Shown here one piece after another: positions 1 to 9,415 of a stretch of 64,000 bases of DNA. Origin of the DNA: a phage. The notes beneath the pieces were generated by a model that was given only the letters and a program-made list of their open reading frames with translations, had not been told where the DNA came from and searched no databases. The stretch lies in NCBI GenBank assembly GCA_018995085.1, contig GCA_018995085.1_3936.1; one strand, given 5' to 3'. Position 1 is the first letter of the stretch, and each line of letters starts with the position of its first letter. Both the position numbers and the translations under genes were made by a program.

Positions 1-124
1 AAAAAAATTCCAACCAGTTGGAAAGTACACTACGAAGGACGTTTGCGCAGAATTTATCAGGATGTGCAAAGCAATAGTGCATCGAGTTACATTATAGTAA
101 AAGGTAAAAAACTGCATTTAGTGT

Positions 125-210
125 AAAGTACTTTACAGGGGGTTATCAAGCTGATAAGATAACCCCAGATAAAGAGCTTTACCACTCAATCCTAAATTGG
201 AGATTCTAAA
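125..210 (+). promoter_or_regulatory. second-type intergenic cassette (AAAGTACTTTACA, GGGG..CCCC hairpin, AGATAAAGAGCTTTAC, SD)
   Basis: near-identical flanks at 921-1006; TTTACA-N17-TAAGAT possible promoter overlapping hairpin. Confidence 0.4.
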
Positions 211-615
211 ATGGCTATTAATAACCGTGAATTATCAATCTTAAAAGCACGTTTGACCGTCAACCGGATTAATGTTCTGACATCATCAGCGCCTGATGAG
301 ACATTGCACAACATTATCGGAAAGATTCAAAGTGTTATCTTAGACGTTGAAAACGTAAAAAACTCATTGGCTGACGTTGCAGCAGGTATCACGCTAGACG
401 GTGCGCAATATGAAATGATTGATATGTTAGGCAAATCAAAGGTTATGAATAAAGAGTTAGACCTAAAAATGTTTCGATTTGCCGTGAAAGTATGGCTATC
501 TGTCGAGTATGATGCTAATTTTGCAATCGCTGATTTCTTCGCCACTTGGTTACAACGTAATTTGACAAATCACGATTTTCGTGGCATCTGCGATGCAATT
601 TATGCAGAACTCTAA
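211..615 (+). CDS. hypothetical early protein
   Basis: ORF track; SD-like GGAGA upstream; first of a tandem run of small plus-strand genes. Confidence 0.6.
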   Translation: MAINNRELSILKARLTVNRINVLTSSAPDETLHNIIGKIQSVILDVENVKNSLADVAAGITLDGAQYEMIDMLGKSKVMNKELDLKMFRFAVKVWLSVEYDANFAIADFFATWLQRNLTNHDFRGICDAIYAEL

Positions 616-624
616 AAAATTTTG

Positions 625-718
625 TTGACACTGGTTTTTAGATAGATTAAATTACACATCAACGGGGAGGGAATGACCTTCCCCACTAAATAAAGTCCTT
701 AAACTAGGAGATTCAAAA
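625..718 (+). promoter_or_regulatory. early promoter-stem-loop cassette (TTGACA-N17-TAAATT, leader hairpin GGGGAGGG..CCTTCCCC, SD TAGGAGA)
   Basis: sigma70-like hexamers with 17-nt spacer read directly; about 60-nt leader nearly identical at five sites. Confidence 0.6.
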
Positions 719-922
719 ATGGCTATTATTAACGGTTTAACCATTGAAACTACACACATCAAAGATATCAAAGTTGGTGATATAGTCCTTTCCCACGGCG
801 TAGAAAAAACTGTCACTGCAAAGGATATCAAAGAGGATTCTTTCATGGGTAGGACTCTCTTCGGTGATTCTTATTGCTTAGGTTATCTTGCAGTTTTAAA
901 AGTTGTCAAAATTAACAAATAA
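719..922 (+). CDS. hypothetical small early protein
   Basis: ORF track; preceded by conserved promoter/hairpin/SD cassette. Confidence 0.6.
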   Translation: MAIINGLTIETTHIKDIKVGDIVLSHGVEKTVTAKDIKEDSFMGRTLFGDSYCLGYLAVLKVVKINK

Positions 923-1006
923 AGTACTTTACAAGGGGCTTATAAGTCTGTAAAGTAAGCCCCAGATAAAGAGCTTTACACAATCCTTAAACTAGGAGAT
1001 TCAAAA
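921..1006 (+). promoter_or_regulatory. second-type intergenic cassette, copy 2
   Basis: same flanking sequence as 125-210 with a different hairpin. Confidence 0.4.
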
Positions 1007-1549
1007 ATGAAATGCTATCACGGAACTACTCAAGAAAATTTCCTCAACCTGATTAATAACGGTGATAAACCATCAGGCGCATGGAATTGTTCGGATATGG
1101 ACGGCAATTTTTACGTGTATCCAGAAAATAAAATCTATGGCGACGATGAGGAAGAAATAGCATCAGAAGGTATCCAACAAGCTCTAGGAAATGCCACTAT
1201 CACCGCAGCTTTCCAGATGAAAACCCAAAATATTGTTATCTTAGAACTCGATATTCCAGAGGATGAGCTGAATGATGATTATTCTTGTGATAATATGTCG
1301 AGTGTGGCAAGTTTTACAGAGTACTTTGATGTAAATTGGATTAAAAAGGTCTATACAACAGAGTTTAACGCTATGTATTCACCTTTTTGTCTTCCTTCAT
1401 TGGATAACCCAAATTTAAACTATCTTGATGAGTCTCTGGAGCTTCTTGCTAAAAGTGTTCAACAGTCGGACAGTATTCAGGTTTTTTGTGACATCATGGA
1501 TACACTGACAGGGAACATTGCAGAAGAGGATTTAAAGAGCTTTTTCTAA
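1007..1549 (+). CDS. hypothetical protein
   Basis: ORF track; SD AGGAGA 8 nt upstream; followed by terminator. Confidence 0.65.
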   Translation: MKCYHGTTQENFLNLINNGDKPSGAWNCSDMDGNFYVYPENKIYGDDEEEIASEGIQQALGNATITAAFQMKTQNIVILELDIPEDELNDDYSCDNMSSVASFTEYFDVNWIKKVYTTEFNAMYSPFCLPSLDNPNLNYLDESLELLAKSVQQSDSIQVFCDIMDTLTGNIAEEDLKSFF

Positions 1550-1581
1550 AAACCTATGCAATCACCTTATAAACACTAATC

Positions 1582-1601
1582 AGCCCCTTGTAGGGGCTTT
1601 T
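1582..1601 (+). terminator. Rho-independent terminator (AGCCCCT-tgt-AGGGGCT + TTTT)
   Basis: GC stem plus T-run directly after stop of 1007..1549. Confidence 0.65.
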
Positions 1602-1615
1602 AGGGGGCTTAAATC

Positions 1616-1849
1616 ATGCTTACAACCATTTATCTCATCCTTTCCATTTGTAACGGCCATTCATGCGATTTTAAAGGGCTTGAGGAGTTCACAGGAAGTA
1701 AAGAAAATGCCATTCAAGTTTGTCAGATAGCAAGGCAAGACTATCCCGCCAGTGATGACATACAATGCTACTTTAAGACAGAAGATGAAGAAGGCATTTA
1801 TTTTGATAGTGTTGACGGTCAATATGAAATTATCATTGAAAAAGACTAG
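1616..1849 (+). CDS. hypothetical small protein
   Basis: ORF track. Confidence 0.5.
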   Translation: MLTTIYLILSICNGHSCDFKGLEEFTGSKENAIQVCQIARQDYPASDDIQCYFKTEDEEGIYFDSVDGQYEIIIEKD

Positions 1850-1940
1850 ACAAGCCTGATAAAAGCTTGTAGAGTGTCAATCAACGGGGAGGGAATAACC
1901 TTCCCCACTAAGTAAAGTCCTTAAACTAGGAGATTCTAAA
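1847..1940 (+). promoter_or_regulatory. early promoter-stem-loop cassette, copy 2 (TAGACA-N17-TAGAGT, weaker hexamers)
   Basis: same leader hairpin and SD as copy 1. Confidence 0.5.
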
Positions 1941-2282
1941 ATGGCTTATGTAACTGTAATTACCGATAAAGAGAATTCATCTTGGTCAACTCAGGTTAGT
2001 GATAAGATGTCACCTATGCAGTGTCTAAAATACTTTGAGCAGTGGAACAAAGGCGAGGATGTAAGCCCCTTTCAGGTAATGCAAATCATCCATACAGATA
2101 ACGAAGGGAATAAAACGACACTGAATAGTGAGTACTATGCAAGCCGTTTTGAAACGAGAAGTAAAACAATGAAGCTTTTACGTGAATCCGGCTATTCTCA
2201 CATTGCCGCGCTAATATGGGATGACCTGCTGAAAAGCCAGCGTATCAGCTATGTAAAACCTGAAAAAATATTCATCAGTTAA
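1941..2282 (+). CDS. hypothetical protein
   Basis: ORF track; preceded by conserved cassette. Confidence 0.6.
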   Translation: MAYVTVITDKENSSWSTQVSDKMSPMQCLKYFEQWNKGEDVSPFQVMQIIHTDNEGNKTTLNSEYYASRFETRSKTMKLLRESGYSHIAALIWDDLLKSQRISYVKPEKIFIS

Positions 2283-2410
2283 TCAATAACTTATAAAAAA
2301 CTTTAAAAAATTACTTGACGATACCCCTTGACAATAGTACATTTGTTCGAGGGGTTTATCTAAAAGGGATTCACTTAAAAGATTCTTTATAGATAAGCTT
2401 AAAAAATTGC

Positions 2411-2503
2411 TTGCAATCAACTATCAAAACAAGTAAATTACTAATCAACGGGGAGGCGATAACCTTCCCCACTAAATAAAGTCCTTAAACTAGGAGATTC
2501 AAA
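2411..2503 (+). promoter_or_regulatory. early promoter-stem-loop cassette, copy 3 (TTGCAA-N17-TAAATT)
   Basis: same leader hairpin and SD. Confidence 0.6.
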
Positions 2504-3034
2504 ATGAACAAGTTCAAAGCTATCAACTATATTCGTTCAAATGCTGTAATGTCTAAGCCTGTTAAAGATACCTACGAATTTCGCTGCAACGGTGTACACT
2601 TCGCAACCATCACTAAATCAGAAAACGGGGCTTATTACGTTCATCGTCGTAATGTTTCGACCGTTGTAGTCTCTCACTTTATGCAAGCTGTAGCAGAATT
2701 ATTACCGTTATTCTTAGAGATTTACTTAGATGAGTGTAAAAACGTTCGCAACCATGTTAAAAACCTTTTAAATGGTTATAAGATGGCTTATGAACGTTCT
2801 ATCAAGAATCTTAACAAGTTCTATAAAGCCCCTGAAAATACTGTATCAATAGCTTATGATGTAAGCGGTGAAATGGCCAACCTCTCTAATGTAGAACAAA
2901 TTAGCCTTTATGATTTACGTCCTAGTGGCTACTCTAAGACTCTCGGTGAAGGTTTATCCTTCAATATCAAGAACTTAGAAAAAACTTTAAAAGATATTGA
3001 AAAAGATATTGACGAGACAATCAAAAGTCTGTAA
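2504..3034 (+). CDS. hypothetical protein
   Basis: ORF track; preceded by conserved cassette. Confidence 0.65.
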   Translation: MNKFKAINYIRSNAVMSKPVKDTYEFRCNGVHFATITKSENGAYYVHRRNVSTVVVSHFMQAVAELLPLFLEIYLDECKNVRNHVKNLLNGYKMAYERSIKNLNKFYKAPENTVSIAYDVSGEMANLSNVEQISLYDLRPSGYSKTLGEGLSFNIKNLEKTLKDIEKDIDETIKSL

Positions 3035-3096
3035 ATTGTCAATCAACGGGGGATAACCTCCCCCACTAAACAAAATCCTAAACTGGAGTTATCAAG
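3009..3096 (+). promoter_or_regulatory. early promoter-stem-loop cassette, copy 4 (TTGACG-N17-TAAATT; hairpin variant GGGGGA..TCCCCC)
   Basis: promoter overlaps stop codon of upstream gene. Confidence 0.6.
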
Positions 3097-3360
3097 ATGG
3101 AAAACGTAGAATTAACCACAATTTTACAAATTGCAACCGACAAAGAAGATGTAGCATTATTCCACCGTATCGAAAGCGATTTGTTCAATGGTGAAATCAT
3201 TAAAGAATCTTACGAAGTTGTCGGATTCAAAGATGGTAAAGCATTTGGCTTTTTTGACCTCGACAAAAGCAAAGCGGTTACAATGTACGATGTTCTATCT
3301 TGTGAAATTCTGACAAAATACAACGAAAAAAGGCTTGCAACCTACGCCAATATGCAGTAA
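3097..3360 (+). CDS. hypothetical small protein
   Basis: ORF track; preceded by cassette variant. Confidence 0.6.
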   Translation: MENVELTTILQIATDKEDVALFHRIESDLFNGEIIKESYEVVGFKDGKAFGFFDLDKSKAVTMYDVLSCEILTKYNEKRLATYANMQ

Positions 3361-3428
3361 ATTACTAATCAACGGGGAGGGAATGACCTTCCCCACTAAA
3401 TAAAGTCCTAAACTGGAGATTCTAAATT
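3335..3428 (+). promoter_or_regulatory. early promoter-stem-loop cassette, copy 5 (TTGCAA-N17-TAAATT)
   Basis: same leader hairpin and SD. Confidence 0.6.
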
Positions 3429-3677
3429 ATGTCAACTATCCGCGTAACTGTTAATGCTTATGGCTGCCACCAACTTGATGCAAAATTCGATATCGGTGGA
3501 ACAGATAATACCTTTGACCTTATCAAAATGCTGATTCAGCAGGTGATACCAGATTATAACCCTACTGATGACTTCTGGAAAGATGCCGTAAAAGAAGCCA
3601 TAAACGAGGAATCTCACTACCATTATTGGGGTGACTTGATTATCTCTCTGTACTACAGCAAACAAGGTTACAACTAA
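3429..3677 (+). CDS. hypothetical small protein
   Basis: ORF track; preceded by conserved cassette; followed by hairpins and terminator. Confidence 0.6.
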   Translation: MSTIRVTVNAYGCHQLDAKFDIGGTDNTFDLIKMLIQQVIPDYNPTDDFWKDAVKEAINEESHYHYWGDLIISLYYSKQGYN

Positions 3678-3715
3678 TCGACGCAGCGGGGCTAAATAGC
3701 CCCAGATACCTTTAC

Positions 3716-3738
3716 AGCCCCTTAAATGGGGCTTTTTT
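3716..3738 (+). terminator. Rho-independent terminator (AGCCCC-ttaaat-GGGGCT + TTTTTT)
   Basis: hairpin plus T6; preceded by a second GGGGC..GCCCC hairpin at 3688-3703. Confidence 0.7.
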
Positions 3739-3739
3739 A

Positions 3740-5340
3740 CGTCTATAAAGAACCCTTTCCTTTCCTTCCCAGAATCTATCCCACTAATTCGATAGAGTCT
3801 ATCCCGTACCTTAAAAAGCAATAACTCTATAGTCTACTCTATAACCTCTTATCAAATCAACTTAAATAAAAGCCAATAACCCCAGAAAGGGGATGGCCCA
3901 TTAAAACGCTCTATAAAGCTCTATAACAGCCTTATCAACCTAACTTAAGCAATCATATTAACCCACTCTAAAAAGCCCTTTATAGAGCTTCCCAGAGCCT
4001 TAAAAGAATCTTATAAGGGTGAAAGCTTATAGGCTGATTAGTATCTTGTGAATGGTTAAACAACCCCCTTGCTAGTCACTAAAAAGCATGTTATAGGGGC
4101 TATAAAGTTACTTCAAAGTTACGTAAAAGAGGCTATAAAGTTACGTAAATGCTAGCCCCCTTAACATTTTCTTAACAATTTCTTAACAATCCCTACATAG
4201 TTATGCTTGTTAGCAACTTGTTAGCCCCTTGTTAAATCTCTGTTAAGACCACGTAAAAGCCTTGTAAGAACCTTTGGCATAGCCTTAAAAGCCCCTGTAA
4301 AGCCCTATAAAGAGCTATCCATACAGTTGAGGGGTAAATACTAGGAAGAGGCTTAAAAGAACTTATAAGGGGCTATAGAGAGCTTTTAAGAGGTATGTTT
4401 AGAGAATCACTAAGAAAGGAAGGGAACGATAAGAAAAGAGATAGTGACCATGTTAATAGCTTGTTAAAAAGATTAAACACTTGTTAGAAACTTGTTAATT
4501 ATCTTAACAAAATAACTCTTTAAAATTAACTTGTCAGCTCTTGTTAGTCATCTGTTAAGATTCTGTAAAACCTATTCAGCACTTGTTAGAAAACTGTTAA
4601 GCTCTTGTTAGTTCTGTTAAGAAACTGTTAAGACCTTTGAAGAGTTGTTAAGAGTTTGAGAGAGTTGTTAAGAGATTGTTAAGGATATTTTAAAATTTTG
4701 CAAAGTACTTGTAAGGGAGCTGTTAAGGGCTACCAAGCAGATATACATCTTCTACAGATATTTTTCAGTTCCTTCAAAGACCCTAAAAAATGACTTGATA
4801 GCCCTATTTTATAAAAATTTTAAAATTCTGAATAATTACCTAGACAGTCTTTTAAAAATACAGGTAGAAACAGGCTTATAAGATACCTTGTTAGTACCGT
4901 GTTAGACCTTGTGAGATAAGGTCTGTGAAGATATTCCTGTTAAGTTTGTTAAAACAGTCTATATAGAGGCTTAGTAGTACCTAGTGAACACCTATAGAGG
5001 GTATCATAGCTAACCTAGAGATTAAGAGGTGTATAGGGGCTTCTAAGAGGGTATAGAGAGATGGTTAAGGTGATTGTATAGGTTGTTAAGAAGGATTGTT
5101 AGAAGAGTGTTTAGAGGGCTATTTAGAAGGGTTATACAGAGGGCTATTAAGACCACTAGATAGTTACTAAGATACTATATAGTACTATATAACTATATAG
5201 AGAGTAAGATTAAGAAGGTTGTTAAGAAGGATAGATATTTTATTCACATATGATGGTGACCCAGAGGTTGGGACAACCGATAAAATTTTATAAAAATATA
5301 AATTTCGTAAATTTTACTCAATAAAAAGCCCCCAATTAAG
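3740..5340. repeat. 1.6 kb ORF-free region with three families of short phased direct repeats
   Basis: CTATAAAG/CTTATAAG family (3744-4400); CTTGTTAG/CTGTTAAG family at roughly 10-12 bp spacing (4170-4730); TATAGAGG/TTAAGAAGG family (4960-5230); AT-rich tract 4740-4860. Confidence 0.8.
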
Positions 5341-5357
5341 GAGGCTCTTAAGATATT

Positions 5358-5951
5358 TTAAATCAGTGTTTCCAGAACTGTTTTTAGTGATGACTTGGTT
5401 GTCTGATAAAAATGAGTAAAGCCATTGTTATTATCGAATACCTGCATCATGATATCATCTCCCTTGATTGGGTACACTCGGATATCATAGTGGAAACCAT
5501 TAAAGACACAAGAGCCATTACAGAATGCACTAAAGTCATCCACTGAGATATACTCTTCATGTCCTGTGATTTTTATACAGATACCTTTACTCGGTCTCTT
5601 AGGATTAATATCTTCCATCACAGACATATTCTGTCCACCAAGAGATACCATAGTGACCACTTTACGGTTCTTCTGTCTAAAGTACATCTTAACTTTCTGT
5701 AAAGTATCTTCATAGAACGGATAAGACTTCTCTACAAAGATTCCTTCAAGTGGCTCTTTACCGTTTTTAACTTCTCTGATATGTCTTACTGAGAAGACAA
5801 GCTGCTCTAGTATGTCAAGGCTTTCTTTGGATAATGCTTCTCGAACATCACTCCAGTCAAGAACTAGGTAGTTACCTTCAACTTCTTTTAAGTTATCTTT
5901 TTCCATAGCTATCACACCGTTATCGTAAAACTTGGTAAGCTGGTACTGCAA
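5358..5951 (-). CDS. hypothetical protein (start may be internal Met near 5906)
   Basis: ORF track; overlaps upstream ORF by 32 nt at the listed start. Confidence 0.55.
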   Translation of the reverse strand: MQYQLTKFYDNGVIAMEKDNLKEVEGNYLVLDWSDVREALSKESLDILEQLVFSVRHIREVKNGKEPLEGIFVEKSYPFYEDTLQKVKMYFRQKNRKVVTMVSLGGQNMSVMEDINPKRPSKGICIKITGHEEYISVDDFSAFCNGSCVFNGFHYDIRVYPIKGDDIMMQVFDNNNGFTHFYQTTKSSLKTVLETLI

Positions 5952-6384
5952 ACTTGTTGCTATTGTTCCTAATAAGGTCTTCTTCTGTTACTAAGAATGT
6001 AATCCCACATAAGTGCGTATAGTGGCTGTCATACTCGAATATTTTAAGTAAGTATTTACCATCATGATAAACAGATTCTACTACACCTTTTGCAACAATC
6101 TTTCCAGTCTTGAAGTCTTTAAGAGGGTATGTATTACCAACTTTAGGGACTGTTTTCACTTCAGGTTCTTTTAGCTTCTCACTAGCTTCTACATCACCTA
6201 GTAAGTTAGAACTTTCAAAAGCTCTGAATCTCATATAAGCTTCTGAACATTCCCAGATAAAACAATGTACAAGAACCTTAGCAGCATGTCTTGAGCAATT
6301 CAACTCATCACAGATTTCTTTGTACATTTCATCTTTAGTTGAATTGGTAAGCATTGCTTTTCGAACTGTTTCTTTAATTTTCAT
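5920..6384 (-). CDS. hypothetical protein
   Basis: ORF track. Confidence 0.55.
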   Translation of the reverse strand: MKIKETVRKAMLTNSTKDEMYKEICDELNCSRHAAKVLVHCFIWECSEAYMRFRAFESSNLLGDVEASEKLKEPEVKTVPKVGNTYPLKDFKTGKIVAKGVVESVYHDGKYLLKIFEYDSHYTHLCGITFLVTEEDLIRNNSNKFAVPAYQVLR

Positions 6385-6802
6385 AAGCTCTCCGAATAAC
6401 CCTATTAAGCATCTCTAAAGTCAGCTTTCCAGACTCTAAATGTGGCATAACAAGTTTTAAAGCTTTTTCAACATCATGCACAACATCTATTATACCTTCT
6501 GCATAGGCTTCTACAAGGATATCTTTTACATTTTGTGATTTACCTTTTTGTGGTATCACTAGACGCATATCAAACTTATTTGCTTGAGGATGGTTCTTAC
6601 CTTGCCAATAACCGTCTTTGTTAAAGCTGATGTAGTCACCGTGGTAAAAGTGTACACCATTAGCTTTAAACTTCTCCAGCACAAGGCATTGAATTGGGTA
6701 TTCAGTATTCCACTCCCTGACTCCTATAACCTTCACTGTTGCGATGTACTCCTGTGTTTTTGCATCTATGATGTCAAGTTCTTGACCAGCTATGATTTGC
6801 AT
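6374..6802 (-). CDS. hypothetical protein
   Basis: ORF track. Confidence 0.55.
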   Translation of the reverse strand: MQIIAGQELDIIDAKTQEYIATVKVIGVREWNTEYPIQCLVLEKFKANGVHFYHGDYISFNKDGYWQGKNHPQANKFDMRLVIPQKGKSQNVKDILVEAYAEGIIDVVHDVEKALKLVMPHLESGKLTLEMLNRVIRRAYEN

Positions 6803-6855
6803 ATTCGCTACCTTCTAAGTTTCTACAAAGGGGCTATCAAGTAACCCCTAAGTTA

Positions 6856-7080
6856 TTACTCAGACTTTTCAGTCTTCTTATCGGATTTCTTACTAGTCTT
6901 CTTCTCAGCTTTCTGCTCAGGTTCCTTCTCAGGAGTTGCCTTGATAACCATATCAAGAAGCTCTGATAAGTCACTCTTCAGCAAAGTAACAGGCTGCTCG
7001 TTGTAGAAGTTTTTGTCAAGATAAACTTTAAACTCTTCTATAGAAGGAAATCCAAAAATTGGTACAGGTGTCTTAATCAT
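6856..7080 (-). CDS. hypothetical small lysine-rich protein
   Basis: ORF track. Confidence 0.45.
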   Translation of the reverse strand: MIKTPVPIFGFPSIEEFKVYLDKNFYNEQPVTLLKSDLSELLDMVIKATPEKEPEQKAEKKTSKKSDKKTEKSE

Positions 7081-7156
7081 TACTTAGTCTCTCCATAGGC
7101 ATCTTTTAAGATTGCCTTGTTAATCATTTCAGCGATTGCAAAACGAACACACACAG

Positions 7157-7690
7157 CTATAATTGTAGGTTGCATTCTTTACTTACCTCTTCAAGTTTAA
7201 CCTCAGAATCCTTAAGTCGTTTCTTATGAACCCTGAATCTCATTAGTGAGATGATAATACCAGCTAAAGGAACAGTATACAAGTACCAGATATCATGTAG
7301 CTTTGCAGTAATCTGTGTAATGGTCAAGTCTTGAGCTATGTAGTTGATTGCTGATACGGCTAGCAATGTTGCTAAGAAGAAAACCAGTATCATAACAATA
7401 TTCAGACAACCTCTGGCGTGGTATTCATGCTTAATGCACTTATTCTTCTCTTCAACAACCCTGTTGTAGTCATTTGTAAAGTCTCTGTAGAAAGCTTTCA
7501 AGTATTCTTGATTGTAGCCTTCAAAGCAACCTGTACCATACCAATAATCACCACCAAAATGTGCTATGATACCAGTATCTCCATTTGGTTTGGTTACTCT
7601 TAAAGAAGTATGATGACGAGTATCCTGGTAATCTATCTTATATCTCTCTTCAAAAATCATTTTCCAACCCCTCTCAATCGTTTGTTCCAT
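7157..7690 (-). CDS. putative membrane protein
   Basis: long hydrophobic segments (LNIVMILVFFLATLLAVSAINYI, YLYTVPLAGIIISL); start may be an internal Met. Confidence 0.5.
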   Translation of the reverse strand: MEQTIERGWKMIFEERYKIDYQDTRHHTSLRVTKPNGDTGIIAHFGGDYWYGTGCFEGYNQEYLKAFYRDFTNDYNRVVEEKNKCIKHEYHARGCLNIVMILVFFLATLLAVSAINYIAQDLTITQITAKLHDIWYLYTVPLAGIIISLMRFRVHKKRLKDSEVKLEEVSKECNLQL

Positions 7691-7875
7691 TCAAGGTCAA
7701 CAAATCTTTGCAGGACTTTCCCTCTAGGTGTTACACCTTTTAAATCTGCATCGTAACAATGGTAAAAGTCACCTTCAGCATGTTTACCATAGCATTTTCT
7801 GATATTCTGGCTTCTGCGATACTGTTCTAACAAGGACAGTTTGTAGTAATCTTCAACTGTAGTTAGTTTTTTCAT
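7657..7875 (-). CDS. hypothetical small protein
   Basis: ORF track. Confidence 0.4.
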   Translation of the reverse strand: MKKLTTVEDYYKLSLLEQYRRSQNIRKCYGKHAEGDFYHCYDADLKGVTPRGKVLQRFVDLEWNKRLRGVGK

Positions 7876-8417
7876 TCTTTCACCATAGCATTTCTGAACT
7901 GACGTTGTGTTTCTCTTGTAATTTCGTTTGGAGTAAACCCTGCTTTTAGCATATCTCTGAAAAGAACTTCTAAATGGTTCCTCTCAATGATGTGAATGGC
8001 ATTCTGAATAGCTGTTTTGCGCTCCTTCAGGTCACTACTAATCTCCTCGCACTTACTGGTAAGTTCTGTGTCAACTTTCTTATAGACTGGCATAACATGT
8101 GCGTAGCAACCTTTATTAGTCTCCATGAAAAATTTAAAAGATTCTTCAGAGTCCTTTAGAGCAATCCCTATAAAGTTCTTGTAAGCACCTGTGAAAGATA
8201 AAGACTCAATCTCAGCAGTTGAGTATACAGTCCCTGCACACAGCCTTGCAGAAGTACTAAATGTGTGGTTTGGTGTCATGTCAAAATCTAAGTTCTTCAG
8301 TGGCCTGAAATAAACAATACCGTTGTGTGAGATATGTGTTACAACAGCCTCAACACTCTTTGACGGATTCTGTTTAACGTACAAAATTATTTTATCTTTT
8401 TCTTTCACTGTAGCCAT
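7872..8417 (-). CDS. hypothetical protein
   Basis: ORF track. Confidence 0.55.
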   Translation of the reverse strand: MATVKEKDKIILYVKQNPSKSVEAVVTHISHNGIVYFRPLKNLDFDMTPNHTFSTSARLCAGTVYSTAEIESLSFTGAYKNFIGIALKDSEESFKFFMETNKGCYAHVMPVYKKVDTELTSKCEEISSDLKERKTAIQNAIHIIERNHLEVLFRDMLKAGFTPNEITRETQRQFRNAMVKE

Positions 8418-8489
8418 ATCTATTCTCCAGAAACTAAAAAGGGAACTACCTCTCGATAGCTCCCATCATAATTAATGTTGTATACTCAG

Positions 8490-9071
8490 TCAAGAGTATT
8501 TTTTAGGCAGTAATGCACTACGCTTGTTACTTTCCTCACTCAGTAGTGCGATAAATTCATCACCTTTGCCTTTCCACGGGCTAAATGTAGGGATGTGTTC
8601 TCTGATAGCCTCAATCACTGTTTTCAGGGCATTGTTCTTTAACCACCAATCAGACACTGCCGAAGCTACAATGTAGTAAGCACCATCATCCGTGAAGATT
8701 GGCTCAGAGATACATGGTGAAATCATAGTGGTAATGATAGAACCATTATTCATGTAGTATGTTCTTTTTTCAACCTTGTCAAGAAGCTTATGAAGGTCTG
8801 CAAAGAGACTCACAACCTCTTTATGGTCAATATCTTTTTCAAGATTTGCTCTGTACTTTAATAGTGCAGCATCAACCTCTTTATCATTGAATTTGAAGTA
8901 CTGGACTTCTTCATTCACACATACACTGATATTGTTGGTGTTTATCGTCAATTTGCACAGTTTGACTGGAGAATTGATGTTAGTCTGAAAAAGTGCTACA
9001 CAGCCTTCTACATTTCCGAAATGTTTTACTAATGTAACTTCTGGTTGGATATGCTCATGTTCTTCTGACAT
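8490..9071 (-). CDS. hypothetical protein
   Basis: ORF track. Confidence 0.55.
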   Translation of the reverse strand: MSEEHEHIQPEVTLVKHFGNVEGCVALFQTNINSPVKLCKLTINTNNISVCVNEEVQYFKFNDKEVDAALLKYRANLEKDIDHKEVVSLFADLHKLLDKVEKRTYYMNNGSIITTMISPCISEPIFTDDGAYYIVASAVSDWWLKNNALKTVIEAIREHIPTFSPWKGKGDEFIALLSEESNKRSALLPKKYS

Positions 9072-9415
9072 TACAGTTTCCTCATTAAATACTTTTTAAG
9101 TTGTGTGTTAGGTTTCTCAAAAACTTCTATAGAAGATATCTTAACAGACTCACCACGCATACCAGTATGTTTGAATATATAGTACTCCAATATCCCTATG
9201 TACTTTGCTGGTAAGTCATACTTGACATACACCGTTACAGAATCTTCAAATTCAACAACCTTTGTGCCATCTTTGTAGTTAAACTCTTTAGGATGGTTGT
9301 AGTTGTCAATGTCATACATTAAAAAGAGTCTTTTACGTTGTAAGTCAAGCTTATTTGTTAAAGACTCTTTAATATCTGAGAAGTTTTTGTACACTGTGAC
9401 ATGGAGCTTACTCAT
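9071..9415 (-). CDS. hypothetical protein
   Basis: ORF track; start/stop coupled with neighbours. Confidence 0.55.
   Translation of the reverse strand: MSKLHVTVYKNFSDIKESLTNKLDLQRKRLFLMYDIDNYNHPKEFNYKDGTKVVEFEDSVTVYVKYDLPAKYIGILEYYIFKHTGMRGESVKISSIEVFEKPNTQLKKYLMRKL

Noticed and set aside
3432-3821. 129-aa minus-strand ORF overlapping the last early gene and the terminator hairpins
   Set aside because: Antisense to 3429..3677, which has the conserved promoter/leader cassette; runs through two GC hairpins.
3740-5340. Possible CRISPR array
   Set aside because: Repeats are short (8-14 nt), degenerate, of several families and irregularly spaced; no 25-40 nt identical repeats with unique spacers and no cas genes.
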